Shown here: positions 1 through 13,035 of the stretch, piece by piece | How positions within the stretch are numbered: position 1 is the first letter of the stretch | Layout: the number at the start of each line of letters is the position of its first letter | NCBI GenBank assembly: GCA_965153285.1 | Contig: OZ229112.1 | Reading direction: 5' to 3' (one strand) | DNA: 64,000 bases | From: Podarcis tiliguerta | Taxonomy: Eukaryota | Translations under genes and position numbers: made by a program | Notes under the pieces: generated by a model | What the model was told of the DNA's origin: nothing | The model's database searches: none | Seen by the model: the letters and a program-made list of their open reading frames with translations, nothing else

Positions 1-124
1 TCTTGTTTTTAAGCAGAGGTTGGATGGCCATCTGTCATGTATGATCTAGTTGAGATTTCCACATTACAGGGGGGTGGACTAACCGTTGGGGTCCCTACCA
101 CTTCTACAATTCTATGATTCTATG
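1..124 (+). mobile_element. CR1 LINE 3' terminus (truncated by window edge)
   Basis: Typical CR1 3' end GGGGGTGGACTA...GGTCCCT..C..CTACAATTCTATGATTCTATG, ending in the ATTCTATG octamer repeat. Confidence 0.75.
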
Positions 125-151
125 GTTAGCATAAACTATAGTTTGGTGTTA

Positions 152-392
152 CAGTGGTACCTCGGGTTACATATGCTTCAGGTTACAGACTCCGCTAACC
201 CAGAAATAGTGCTTCAGGTTAAGAACTTTGCTTCAGGATAAGAATAGAAATCGTGCTCCAGCAACGCGGCAGCAGCAGGAGGCCCCATGAGCTAAAGTGG
301 TGCTTCAGGTTAAGAACAGTTTCAGGTTAAGAACAGACCTCTGGAACGAATTAAGTACTTAAGTACTTAATTAAGTACCCGAGGTACCACTG
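152..392 (+). mobile_element. Tc1/mariner (Tigger/pogo-like) MITE, family A, copy 1
   Basis: TIRs CAGTGGTACCTCGGGT / ACCCGAGGTACCACTG; TA TSD at 150-151 and 393-394; three more copies in the window. Confidence 0.92.
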
Positions 393-3388
393 TATATCTG
401 AACTGAGCCAGAGATTTGAGCACAACCTTCAAGTCATTTTATGGGTGAGAAAGGTGTAAAATGACACCTTCCAAATCCAAAACCAACGCTTCATTCTGAG
501 TGGTTCCAAATGGTTGTTTATTTTGGGATTGTTACTCCTCATGAATTTCTTTTTGCAGCATCCACACATCATTGGCATCAAAATACGAACTCACATTCCA
601 TACACATCTCATTTTATCTGAATTCACCCCTCAGGTGCAATCTACACACATATAAAAAAAAGACTGTGAAAATGCTTTTAAAAAAAGTTTTGAAAAATAC
701 ATTGAAATTTGCATAGCTCACTGTCACCATCTATGTCACATTTGTATATTGCACTTAACAACACATTTAAAATGTTTTCTTTGCAGCTGTGTAGCTGAGT
801 CCTTACATTTTCAAATTAAGCCCTCATTTGGAAGCATCCTCCCTTGATAACTTTATGTAATATGGGAATTGTGCTATTTTAGATATACTATTTCCCATAC
901 CAGATGAGGGCTTAATTAACTGCGCTGCTTGATGGAAGATGTTGTCTGAGGGGCTGACATGAAAAGTTATATAATAGGTTATAACTATGAAAAAGCCTGA
1001 AGTAATTGTTACTGTTTTTGTGTTTCTACGTAACTCAATATAGTTACAGCGTAATTTAAGGCTTTGAGATACAACTAAAATCCCATTATAACTACTAACA
1101 ATAATGATGATAAACAAAACCAGTAACCTACAAAGAAATATTATTGAACTTTAATAAAATTACCTTCCCATTCATTCCTTTGAAAACACCACAAGCTTGC
1201 TTTGCGTGTAGAAAAAGGAATTTGTTTCACACACACACACAACAAAAATGAGGAGGAACGAGCATTTTAATAGCTTCTGTACAGCGCACAAATTAGAAGA
1301 GTTTCCATATGAAGGTAGAAAAGTATTTCTCATGCTTGTGTGACGAGTCCTTCTACCACCCCTGCAAGATGTGATACTGCTCTCCTGGCAATATTTTTGA
1401 CAGTTCTGTTCCAGATTCAATATTGCAAAAGTACCCAGCCGCTCTGGTTCCATTTTTCCTTATATATAAGCGTCTTTCACGGAAAGGATTACAAAATGCA
1501 CTAGAGAAACAAAACAAATGCGAACAGGCTAAAAGAACATCTTGTTTATTTCTATCCTCAACAGAAATGTTCCTTGGGAGATGGTAAGTAGCTGCAAACT
1601 GGGTGCAAGCTCCTCCTGATGAAATCAATGAAGTTTAATTCCAAGGAAACAAGGTGCTGATTGAACTGTTTTCACCCTCAGGTCTCTTCTGCTGCAGCCC
1701 CAGCCTTGAGAGGTGGAGTGATGGTGCAGTGTGAACTATGATAACGAGAAGGGCTCATTCCTCAAAATTTCTCAAATGGCCCCCCTCTCCTACCCCCACC
1801 CAAAGATCCTGCCCTGTCCATTGAACCCCAGGGATCTGCCACTAATGATGGAGTCCTCCACCAAGCAGGAAAAGCTTGAGGAAAATTCCCTACTCCAGTA
1901 GTTTCCAACCAGTGTGCCTGGAATGATGGTCAGGAGTGCCGCAGGCAGCACTGGCCTCTGTCTCTCTTTCCTTCCTTCCCCCCTCTGATGCCCTCTTGCG
2001 TCTCTGCCTCCCAAAGGTTTGTGCAGCTGTTTGTTGCAGCAGCCTTGGCTACAAGCTCCCCAGGTGAATGGTGCCTCTGGAGCTGGCCAGGGGGTGCTTC
2101 CTGTCGACATGCAGAGGGCCGCAAAGCCAGCTGGCTAGCCCCAGCTGGGCCGTCTCCTTCCAGCCATCCCGCTGTGTAGACCCATCAGCCTCTGCTCTGA
2201 CATAAATCAGCAACCCGTGCTTCAAAGCCAGGACACACTATCAGCAGATCGAACTGGACACACAGAATAGGCGTGAGGCTTGTGAAAGCATACTGCAACT
2301 ACAGATTTATTAATCATAAATCAGGACAAAGAAACATGTCGTCTCTCTCTCTTCATCTTCTCAGAGAGACAGGGAAAGGGAAAAGCTATACACACAACGG
2401 AAGTTCCCAGCAAACTGTGCTGGAATGTAAACAGACATGTGACATGCAACAGTTGCACACGTGTGCTCCTTAAGGTGGAATGGAAATTCTCAACACTTCC
2501 CAGGTGCCTGTGGGGCAGAGTGACGCAGCTCAGAGAGTAGGGGCAGCAGCAGCAGCAGCTGCCCGGAGGACTCCCAAGGAGAGGGGAGAGGAGAATGAGG
2601 GAACGCTCCACAAGAGAGAGTGTCTGAAAAGGGTGAGAGGCTGCCAGCTCTGCAGGCAAGGGGTGACATAACTGGGCTCCTGAGCCCCACAGGGTGCAGC
2701 AGAAGGAATGTAGTTGGTCAAGGGAGCTGTGGACTCAAAAAGGTTGAAAACCTCTGTCCTACTCCAAACCTATCCTCTTAGAAAAGGAGTGAGGAGCCTT
2801 AGGCCAAGGGGCCAAATGTGGCCCCATGCCTCTCTATCTGGCCCTGGGATTCTCCTCAGGTTACACCTCCTCCCTAGCGACATCTCCCATCTAGTTCTGC
2901 TTTACAACCTTCCTTGAGTGTGGAAGCTGGAATGTGTCCTTGAACTCGCATTATGCCTCTTCTACCTTGGGTGGAGGATAGAGAGGGATAGTCAACTGGA
3001 CAAAGGTTACGTTTTCATACATTGCTCCACCCAGTGTTGCTTTTGCCCTGCCCACCACTTGACGTATGGCGTGAAGGGACTGCTGCCCTCAAGCTGAAAA
3101 AGACTCTTCAATCCTCTCCTAGAAGAAGCAAAGGACTGCATAAAAAGGAACCAGCCATTTAAACTGGTCAAATGCAGCACTTGTGTGCGTGGAGCTGGGA
3201 GTCATGTGGAATTTTTAGGATGAGACTCTTGACCAGGCCAGTGCTGAGGTAAAGTTGTCCTGTCTTAGCTGCAAATTTGCTAGCTGCAGTTCTGGAGCTT
3301 AGCGGCTGATCTCTTAGCCTTCAGCCCTGTCCAGGGTCCTGACTGTGTTCCTGCTTCCTGCCGGCTGCAATGCATTGTGGGAAATTAA

Positions 3389-3704
3389 CAGACCCTCCAA
3401 GTATCCCTATTTTCCTGGGACGTCCCTGATTTGATCCCAGAATGTCCCACTTTTCCTTAAGACGTCCCTATTTTCAGTGGAGAAATGTTGGAGAGTATGG
3501 AGTTATCCAACCCCCAAGCTGTCTGAAGACAATCCTATAAGGAAGCTTTTTTAAATGTTTAATGTTTTATTATGTTTTTATATATGTTGGAAGCTGCCCA
3601 GAGTGGCTGGGGCAACCCAGTAAGATGTGTGGGGTATAAATAGTTAAATTATCATTATGGAATGGGACATTCCTACTTTCATTGGAGAAAGGTTGGAGGT
3701 TATG
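3389..3704. mobile_element. Non-autonomous DNA transposon (hAT/Tip100-like MITE) carrying an L2-like 3' fragment
   Basis: Imperfect TIRs CAGACCCTCCAA ... TTGGAGGTTATG, internal GTCCC/GGGAC repeats and a duplicated end at ~3480-3499; TSD not clean. Confidence 0.5.
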
Positions 3705-4939
3705 AATTACAATGGACACTCTATCCAGCTGACCATTTGCAGGCCATGCTGAAGCAGTGGAATCCTGGCCACTGTCTAGAGGTGCCCGGTCCTAATTCTG
3801 ACCCTGAACAAAGCCAACCATCACCTGTTAGCTGAGAAGAAGGGGAGAAGCTGTTTCCAGAGTCTGCCCAGGGATACTCATTCCCCACTTGTCACTGGTT
3901 AACAGGTGACTGATGCTGTCTTAAACGACTGATCATATATAATTTGGGGAAGAGGAGGGAATGGCGGGGTCCCAACTCTTCCAGGACCTTGGACTGAAGT
4001 TCAAGCATTTTGGTCTGCTTCTGATGTTGCAGTGTCTACAAGGCACACCTGAAGTGCTGGCGTTTTCCATATCAGGGCAGCTTCTCTCCTAGGGTAGGGT
4101 GGGAGGCCGTTGCTGCTAAAACAAACAAGAGTCCTCAGTTGTGCTGCTGCAAAATACTGCTGCAGAGGTGGGTGGAGATGGCAGCAACCCACCCTCCTCC
4201 AACTCAGACATTGATTGCTGTCTCTGCTTTTGTTCATCCAGCTTCCTTGTTCTTATTTATTTCATTAGTACAGAAGTGTAGGGGAATCGGCCAAGTAAAA
4301 AATTGATCCACGGAAAGGCATGTCTTCGTTTACTGCCTTTATCCAGGCAATTAGAAATGGGCTCTTAGAATGTCATGGTTTAATATCCATACTGTATGCA
4401 TGATTTTAATCACTTGCCTCATGGAAGATGCAGTAGGTAAATGGTGGAGGAAAATGTCAACCCAGTCTAAAAATACCTAAATTGCAAATGTTGGCTTTGG
4501 TATTTAAAGAAAACTTTTATCCTCGTTTGTGTATGTGTGGGGAAATAAGGTAAAGAAAACCATATCCTCAAGCAGGCAGTAAGGCAGAGCCTCCAGATGT
4601 CAGGAGTAATGCAAATTTTGGATTTATTCATTTATTAAATTTCTATTCCATCCTCCCTCCCAAAGTAGCCCAGGGCAGTAAATAACAATGTAGCAAATCA
4701 ATACATTTTTAAAAAATCTGAAAACATTTAAAAACAGTCACAAGGCTTCAAAGCTAATAATTTCTACACACCTTTCCAGGTTTACAAAGTACATTTCTAG
4801 TCTCATTTATCTTCACCATCAACCAGACTTGAGAACTGAAAGCTTATCTAAGGTCAACCAGTCAGCATTGCGTCTTAGCATGTATTCGAAGCTGGGCATA
4901 TCAGGGGGTATCAAAGACCCAGTTTGGCACACATTGCAT

Positions 4940-4947
<8 letters not shown>

Positions 4948-4987
<40 letters not shown>
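4948..4987. repeat. (GA)n microsatellite
   Basis: Direct reading. Confidence 0.95.
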
Positions 4988-4988
<1 letters not shown>

Positions 4989-5399
4989 CTGGGAGCCTCA
5001 ATGGTTCCTTCTGGAGGCTTCTCCCAGGGCAAAAACCTGGCTAGCCCCACCTCCATCCCCATAGCTATGGCACTGTATCATGGCCCCCTTCCCACCATTT
5101 CTCTTCCCTCTGCCCATGGTGGCTCTAATGGAGGAAGTAGATCCAAAGATAATAGCTCTTCTCTGGCAGCCTCCCATCAAGAAATGGAAGCTTGTCCCAG
5201 AGGCCATCTTGAAGCAACCTCCCTTGGAAGAGGAGACTGGAGGAGGAAGTGGAATATGGCATCTACTCAGTTTCTTCTCCCGCCAACAGACACTTCTCTC
5301 TTGGGAATATGGACTATGGAACCATTGCCCAGGCTAGTGAGAGGTGTGGCCCAGGAAATTTGTGGCCTGGGAAGAATCCCAAGGACCTGATAGAAAGGT

Positions 5400-6660
5400 C
5401 CGGAGGGCTGCATTTGACCCCAGATCTAAGGTTCCCCTTCCGTGCTTTAATAAGTGTAGGTTTTGGAAAATAAAAAAGCAGAACATATTCAGGCAAAACA
5501 AATGCAAGATGGTGATAAGGAGAGCAAATTGCTAAAGGCCTACAAACAAATATTTAAATACCTCAGGAGCAGGAAATCGTCCAGGGAGGTGCTACGACTG
5601 CTAGAATCCTGAACTGTGAAAGGAATACTAAAGAAGGGCAAGGAGTTTACAGAGCAGCTAAATGAATTCTTAGCATCAGCCCTCACTGCAGAAAGTGTCA
5701 GAAAGAGATTCATATCTGAACAATCTCCCACTCCCTGCCCCTGGGAAGGTGCCTGCGGAACTATGTCAAATAGATGTGGGAAATGGTGAAATTGTAGAGC
5801 TAGTTTTCAAACTACAAATTAAAAAGTAACCAGGGCCTCTAGAATGCTTGAAGAGATGAAATGAGAGGTTGCTGAACATTTTAAGTAAAGCATGCCGCAT
5901 TAAAAGCAGCCTTCTTAAGACAGGATGGGAGGGTAACCCAATTAATATAACACTTATTTCATTTTATTTTTAAGTGGGTTGGTGGGGCAGAAACTAGGGA
6001 ATTAAAAACTCATCTGCCTAAGTTTTGTCCCAGGACAAATTGGTAGAAATAATAATGAAAGTAGAAATTGTTACATGCCAAGAGGGAAATGACTTTCTGA
6101 CAACAATCAACATGGGGCATTCTGCTTTGTCAATCTAGCATTTTCTGAAAAGGTCAACAAGCATTTATGTAGGAGTTATATTTCACATTTAGCCGGCCTT
6201 GCCAAAACCTTTTGGACAAAGTCCTTTGTCCAAAGGTTCTTAGTACTCAATAAAGAAGAAGATCTCTTACAGAACACCAACTATTTAAATAATAGGAAGA
6301 TGGCAGACATAAATGGACACAATGGATGAAAGTCGGAAGTGGGACTAGTGTTACTATATTTATAAATGATCTGAGGTCAGAAGTGAGCAGTGAGGCAGCC
6401 AGGAATGCAAATGACACCAAACTGTTCAGGCAGATAAAATTCAAAGTAGACTGTGAAGAATTCAAAAAAGCTCTTTCCAAACTGGGTGATTGGACAAGGA
6501 AAGGTTAAATAAGATTCAGTGTGAAAGTAAGTGCAAAGTGGTGCAAATAATAAATAATAATCAAGCTTTATATATACTGATGGGGTGTGAGTACCCAGAA
6601 AAGGGATCTTGGCATAATGGTGGACAATTCAAATGTGAAAATGCTGGTCTCCTAACAAAA
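5400..6660 (+). mobile_element. Degraded CR1 LINE ORF2 fragment
   Basis: Interrupted translations FKYLRSRKSSREV..., EQLNEFLASALTAE and IFINDLRSEVSSEAARNANDTKLFR (RT motif, FADDTKL-like); many stops and frameshifts. Confidence 0.8.
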
Positions 6661-7375
6661 ATATGTAACGTCCCTCAGATCAGCCTCCATAACTGAGCAC
6701 CAGAAAATAGCCCGTCTTTAAAAAGGATCTAGAGAGGACTTTGGGAATTATAGGCCAGTTTAGCTTAATGTCTGCCCCAGGAAAACTGGTAGAAAGTATT
6801 GTTAAAGATAAAATAACCAAACATATAGAAGGACAAGCCTTACTGAAGCAGAGCTAGCATGGCTTCTGCATAGGCAAGTGCTGTCTCATGAACCTCTTCA
6901 AGCACTTTGAGAATGTAACAAGAACATAGACAGAGGCGATCCAGTTGGACTTTCAAAAAGCTTTCAACAAAGTAACTCACCAAAGACTCTTGAGTGAGCT
7001 TAACAGTTGATGAATAAGAAGAGAAGTCCTCTTGTGGATCAGGAATAGGTTAAGTTGCAGAAAGCAAGGAGTAGGAATAAATGAACAGTTCTCCAAAGGG
7101 AGAAAAATCTCAAGGATTGGTATCAGAACTTGTGCTTTTTAACTTGTTCATAATGATCTAGAGTTAGGAGTGAGCAATGAGTGGCCAGGTTTGCTGGTGA
7201 TACTAAATTATTCAGGGTCATTAAAACAAGAAGAGATTGTGAAGAGCATCAAATGGACCTCACCAAATTGAGTGAATGAGTTATAAAATGCCAAATAAAA
7301 TTCATTCATAATAAGTGTAAAGTGATACATGTTGGGGCATATATATTTTTTAATTTTGCATATACACTCATGGGG

Positions 7376-7739
7376 GGACGCGGGTGGTGCTGTGGGTAAA
7401 ACCTCAGTGCCTAGGACTTGCCGATCGTATGGTCGGCGGTTCAAATCCCCGCGGCGGGGTGAGCTCCTGTTGCTTGGTCCCAGCTCCTGCCCACCTAGCA
7501 GTTCGAAAGCACCCCTAAGTGCAAGTAGATAAATAGGTACCACTTTATAGCGGGAAGGTAAACAGCGTTTCCATGTGCTGCGCTGGTGCTGGCTCGCCAG
7601 AGCAGCTTCGTCACGCTGGCCATGTGACCCGGAAGTGTCTTCGGACAGCGCTGGCTCCCGGCCTCTTAAGCGAGATGAGCACGCAACCCCAGAGTCGGTC
7701 ACAACTGGCCCGTATGGGCAGGGGTACCTTTACCTTTAC
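7376..7739 (+). mobile_element. Sauria SINE, full length
   Basis: tRNA-like head GGACGCGGGTGGTGCTGTGG...GGTTCAAATCCC, (ACCTTT)n tail, 15-bp TSD TATACACTCATGGGG at 7361-7375 and 7740-7754. Confidence 0.92.
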
Positions 7740-7776
7740 TATACACTCATGGGGTCTGAACTTACAGTGACTGACC

Positions 7777-7899
7777 TAAGGTTACCAGACATCCCCATTT
7801 CCCGGGGACAGTCCCTGGATTTACAAATCGGTCCCCATACAAAATCCATTGAAGTTTAAAAGTGTCCCCGGATTCATTGAAAAAAATCTGGTAACCTTA
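7777..7899. mobile_element. hAT-type MITE
   Basis: Perfect 13-bp TIR TAAGGTTACCAGA / TCTGGTAACCTTA; 8-bp flanks GACTGACC / AACGGACC (6/8 match). Confidence 0.75.
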
Positions 7900-9064
7900 A
7901 ACGGACCACTAATGAGATCTTGGGGTTGTAGAAGATAACTTGATGAAGATGTCAGTCCAGTGTGTGGCTGCTGTTAAATAACCATGAAATAAACTATATA
8001 GTCGTCATTGAAATGGTTACAGTAATTCCATAGACACTAAGCAGAGTAAATCTGCCAGGTTTTCCTTTGCCATGGATACATCAGCTTTATTGTAACTTGA
8101 CACAAAGAGGCGAAAAACAGGGACCATTCCTTAGAGAGCTAAGAAGGGATTTCCAAAGGTCATCACTGTATCTAATAAAGTTCACTTCAGCAATTTCCCC
8201 TCTCCCCCTGCTCCAAGGTTTCTCATATTGTCAGGCAAAATAAGCTCAGAGAGCTGGAACGCTTAGAGGAGACCTGTGCTATTGACCTATAATGTACCTT
8301 GACTTTGGCTTCTAGATCAGAATGATTTGCGAATTACCTTACCGAAGACAAAGAAGCCCTAAAATCTACTGCCCTGTAGAATGAGTTATGAATAACACAT
8401 TTAGGCTGCAATCCTATACACACCATTGAACTCAGTGGGGCTAACTATTGAGGCATGTACAGTACTGTGCTGTTAGTTCATAAAACGCTTTCCTTTTTTC
8501 ATAACTGTCTTGTAACTGCTTATTATTCTCACTTTTACTGATGGAGAACTGAGGCTGTGAGGTGATGGAAGAGTCATCCTTCAACATTCTGTGCTGTGAA
8601 ACGCAAAAGCGAAAGAACTCAACAGGCTAGGAAAGTTAACTACAAACACCCAAATCTGGGATACCCTCCAAACCTGTGCCAAAGTTTTGCAGGGTTTTGT
8701 TTTTTTTTTTTTGCAGCGAAAACCCCACGTTTTGCAGCATCCCACAAATTTAGCAATTGATACATCAAACATGGGGTTTGTACTTAACATTAACTATGAA
8801 CCCCAAAATTTGGAGTCACCTCCAAACCAGTGCCAAACTGTTGCAGTCACCAGGCTCATTCTTCTCTCCTTTATTTGCCCATATGGAGTCAACAAGGTAA
8901 TTCCCTAAATTTGCCATGTGGACAGACAGAAACATTCTATACAGGTTATGCACCCATGCTGTGTGGCTTGTACATACCCCTCCCCTGTCTCCCAAAGCCT
9001 ACCGACACATGCTTTCAGAAAATCATACTTCGCAGAAATAGGAACATAGGAAGCTGCCTGTGTA

Positions 9065-9260
9065 CGGCTGCATACATTTAAAGCACATTCAAAGCATGTT
9101 ACAGTATTTCCCTCACAGAATTCTGGGCACTGTAGTTCACTCCTCACTGAGGGACTTTTCCTAGCAACCCTTAGCAAACTACATTGCCCAGAATTATTTG
9201 AGGCGGGAAATGTGCTTCAAATGTGTTTTTATCGTGTGTGTGTGTGTGTGTGTGTGTGTA
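9065..9260. mobile_element. Palindromic MITE remnant
   Basis: Inverted arms AATTCTGGGCACTGTAGTT / AACTACATTGCCCAGAATT and AAAGCACATT / AATGTGCTT. Confidence 0.55.
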
Positions 9261-9276
9261 GTCAGATCATTGGTCC

Positions 9277-9533
9277 TGTTATGTACTGAAGTTCTCACCT
9301 GGGCCAGCAGGGGGATACTGTAGATAGTTCAGGTCCACATATGCAAATAAGGGATCGAAAGTGACGTTCAGTGATTGGATAGTTACAGAAAATGGTTACT
9401 GTTGCATTCTAGTGGAGCTCTATATAAGCAGGCTGGCTGAACCCTTCAGTTCAGTTCTGTTCTGGCCTGTGAATAAACAAGAGCTGTTTGAAGAATCACT
9501 GTGTCGTCTGATATGTTCACCTACAACTTAACA
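9277..9533 (+). mobile_element. Solo LTR (257 bp) of an LTR retrotransposon
   Basis: TGTTA...TAACA termini, perfect 5-bp TSD GGTCC (9272-9276, 9534-9538), TATA box at 9421 and AATAAA at 9472. Confidence 0.9.
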
Positions 9534-11515
9534 GGTCCACCTAGCTTGGTATTGCCTATACTGATTGGCAGCAGTTTTCCAGGGTTTCAGGTAGGGAATC
9601 TTTCTGAGGTCCACCTGGAGATGCTGGGGGTTGAGCCTGGAGCCTTCGGCATGCAGATTAGATTCTCTACCACTGAGTTGCAGCATGGTATGTCTGCACA
9701 GAGGCTTCTTGCACTGAGCTAGCAGCACACTTCTGTATGGAGGTTCTGCACAGCAGAACATGCATCATCAAAGCACATCCCAGGGTACCTTGTCTTTGCA
9801 GCGTGGGTGGGCAAAGCAGACTGGACAGGGTGCCAAGGACAAGCACACTCAAAACTGAGGAGGGGAGAGGCAGACCTCATAAGAGAAGGATGAAGGGTTG
9901 CAAAGAAACCTTGATAGCACCTCGAAAACAAGAGGAGGCAAGAGAAAAGTGGAAGCAGTGAGAAGGTTGGAAAGTGAGTGTGGGCATTAACTGCAAGAGC
10001 AGACTGGCTCAAGTTACATAGTCGGTGTGGACACAGACTAATGCTTCTGGCAATGTGGATGATGGAGCATCATCTTGACTTTAACGGGTCAACTTTTGGT
10101 TGAGCACAAAGCTCACTTGCCTATTATCAGAGCCGTTTTATTGTCACCAATTCTGTGATGTTCACTGTAAGCTCATGAGCAATTTCCATGACAGGCAGAG
10201 TGAAGAATGCTGAAGTGTGTAATGTAACAGAAACAAACTTATTTCTTTTCCTATGTTTGTAGAAAGCTGGAACGAGGGTGGGGGGTGAACACCAGAGAGA
10301 CAGAGAGAGCTCTCATTCCTCTTGTTTTGGAATGTGTACAGAGTAGCTTTGTGAAAGATTGAATAAGCAAAAATAATTATGTTTTCAAAGATTAAATTAT
10401 AATAGCAAGAGCAAAGTGCATTCGTTCCTTTGCGGCAAATGCTGCCTGCAGCGGTTCTGCAAATTTTAGATAAAGCCAGCAGACACTGCCAAAAAAAGGG
10501 GGGAAATCATTTGCAGGTTAATCAAAATCTTTTGCACCGCAATAAATTGATACTGCAGCTGAAGCAGAGAACTATATTCATATTGACTAACAGCAATGGG
10601 TATATTTTACATGAAAAAGGAAATGTAATGAGATTTTTGTAAAGAGGCAATTAAAGTATTATCATAGATGGGGGCGTGGATAATAGAATCCATCTCATAA
10701 CCTACATGCTGAAATCTTTGCAAGTGTGCTTTGTTAAGGAGGAGATCATATCCCTTAGCTTTTCATGCTAGAAAAACTAGCATACTCTTAACATGCAGCC
10801 TCTAAAATGTGAGGCACAAAGAATAAAAACATAACAACTATAGAATTATCTGGATGCTTTCTGTAAAATAAATCTATACTTGGAGATTAAGATGTACTTT
10901 CCTGTAGCAAACAATAGAATCACATGATTACCATTGGTTCAAAAGAGACCACTTCATGTATCACTTACAGCAACCCATGGTTTGTAGTGAAGTCTGACTC
11001 AGGCTGCTTGTGGATTCAGTGGCAACAAAGAGGATCTGGGTTTGTTCTATGCACCAAGCGTCTTCTAGTACTAAAGTATAAAACTCTGTGATACAAATAA
11101 ATGGTTATGTACATCCCTTATTCCCTTATATTCCATATGTTCCAAAGCAACATATGATTTTTTTAAAAAAACCACAACCCTAAGCATTTACTCATCAGAA
11201 TTTGCTCAAGTCTGGTCAGTTCACAAGTTTTTGTGGTCATAATTGACAGTTCTGCAGATGCTTGTAAAAAGGAAGCTATTGACCCCGAGTGCCCCCACCC
11301 CTTCAACATGATTGGAGTCAACCTTGCTCACACATTAATTAGGCTAGTCAAGATGTGTTGGGTGTACTGAATCTACAAATATCAATAATACTGGTTTCTG
11401 TCACCTCCATTTTCTCTACACTCAAAAGTAGTTAAGCATCCTGAAGATTAGCACAGATGTGTTTGGCATACTGTTCAACAACAATGGGGTTAATCTTTAT
11501 TGTGGGGGGGAAATG

Positions 11516-11814
11516 CAGGGGCGGAGGAAGGGGGTGTGGTGGGTGCAGGCCGCCCCAGGTGTCACCACTGAGGGGGGTGACAAAATGCTGGGCGGCACTC
11601 ACCGCGGGGCCTGCAGTGCACCCGAGCCATGCGTCTCTCCATGCTGCCCGAGCAGTCCGCCCGCTGCCCCCCCCCCCAGCTGTAGGGTGGCTGAGTGGGG
11701 TGAGAGAGGCAGACTCTGGAGGCCCCCCAGTGCTCCTGTCATGTGGTTGGCATGACACTCCATAAATCACTTGCCTACTCTCCTGGGTCCCCTGGTCCCC
11801 TGCCTCCGCCACAC
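11516..11814. mobile_element. GC-rich hAT-like MITE
   Basis: Starts CAGGGGCGGAGG and ends CCTCCGCCAC; its 5' ~75 bp matches the element at 24670 (GGTGTCACC..GAGGGGGGTGACAAAATG). Confidence 0.65.
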
Positions 11815-12874
11815 CATCTTCAGAGCCACTCTTCAGAGCCCTGACACCTTACGACCATAGGTTTACTTATCTTCTTTCCCCTTACTTCAAAACGTGTCCC
11901 AGTAGACACATTTTCTGGAAAGAAAACCAGAGGAAGAAAGAAAATAGATAAGGAACTGATTAGTATAATAGCATACCTTCATGGCCCTCAGCAGAGATAA
12001 GGGCTATGGAGCTAATTTCAGACAGAGAAACTGAGAGAGGAATTAAGAAAATTGCTGCATTTTGCAGCCCGATGAAAGAGAAGGATAAAAGAGCAGTGAA
12101 AAGGTTTATTTTCTTTACAAGCTGAAGCGAACGTTGTCTCAGCCAACAAAGCAGATTTTGCATTGTTATCTGTTCCCTGTGAGACTCAGAGCAAAAGAAC
12201 ACCATTCCCAAGACTCAGAGTATAATATCTGAAATACAGGCTGGTTACTACTCTAGCCTCAGGGCAAACATATATTTCAAAGCTCCTGGGACTTCTGCAA
12301 GCCGAAAAAATCACTTCATAGCACTAGTAAGGGAATAATGCTGAGATAAGTGTGTGTGTTTGTGTGAGTATCGTCAACAGGTTTTGTGGACTGGAACACT
12401 ATTCACAGCCTTCGACAAAAGGATGTAAATGTTTCTTAATGATGGCAGGTGGTCATGTAAATGGACAACCCACCTATGGAGGTGGAATCTGAGCACTTTG
12501 GAGGCAGTTTAGAAAAGGGCCAGTCCTGTGGCCCATGGATTGTATCCAGCCCCCTATATGATTTTGTGGGTCACCCCATGCCCCCTCAATAGAAAGACTA
12601 CCTGCCTGAAATTCTGCAGAGCCGCTTCCAGTTAGTGCCAACATTATTAAGCTAGAAGCTTCCTGTATTTCTGTATATAAAAAGGGATCAACACGAGACA
12701 GTGTATTTGAAAACAAAACCCAAGCTACCTGTCTATTTGTGATTCACCACAGGAGGTGCCAACTCCCAGAGACTCTAGGGGGCACTGTTGGACTACATCA
12801 GAATATAACAGTCCATGAGCATGAGAGTCTTTCCATCAGAGATGCACAAATGCCTGCCAGACGTGGCTTTTTCT

Positions 12875-12877
<3 letters not shown>

Positions 12878-12909
<32 letters not shown>

Positions 12910-13035
12910 TTATTATTAAACCCCGCACATCTGGCTGAGTTTCCCCAGCTACTCTGGGCAGCTCCCAATTGAGTGTTAAAAACAATACAGCATTAAATAT
13001 TAAAAACTTCCCTAAACAGGGCTGCCTTCGAATGT
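12878..13035 (-). mobile_element. L2-like LINE 3' end with (AAT)n tail
   Basis: (AAT)n at 12878-12909 followed by CATCTGGCTGAGTTTCCCCAGCTACTCTGGGCAGC, a motif that recurs at ~3590-3640, 19980-20035 and 41325-41385. Confidence 0.6.

Larger units (their letters stand above)
6700..7978 (+). mobile_element. Second CR1 LINE ORF2 fragment, interrupted by a SINE and a MITE
   Basis: FKKGSREDFGNYRPV, DFQKAFNKVTHQRLL and FAGDTKLFRV motifs of CR1 reverse transcriptase. Confidence 0.85.
9036..9683 (-). mobile_element. tRNA-derived SINE split by a palindromic MITE and a solo LTR
   Basis: Reverse complement reads GCTGCAACTCAGTGGTAGAG...GGCTCAACCCCCAGCATCTCCAGG...AGGCAGCTTCCTATGTTCCTA; related copies at ~28546-28700, 34040-34225 and 44920-45065. 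Confidence 0.65.
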
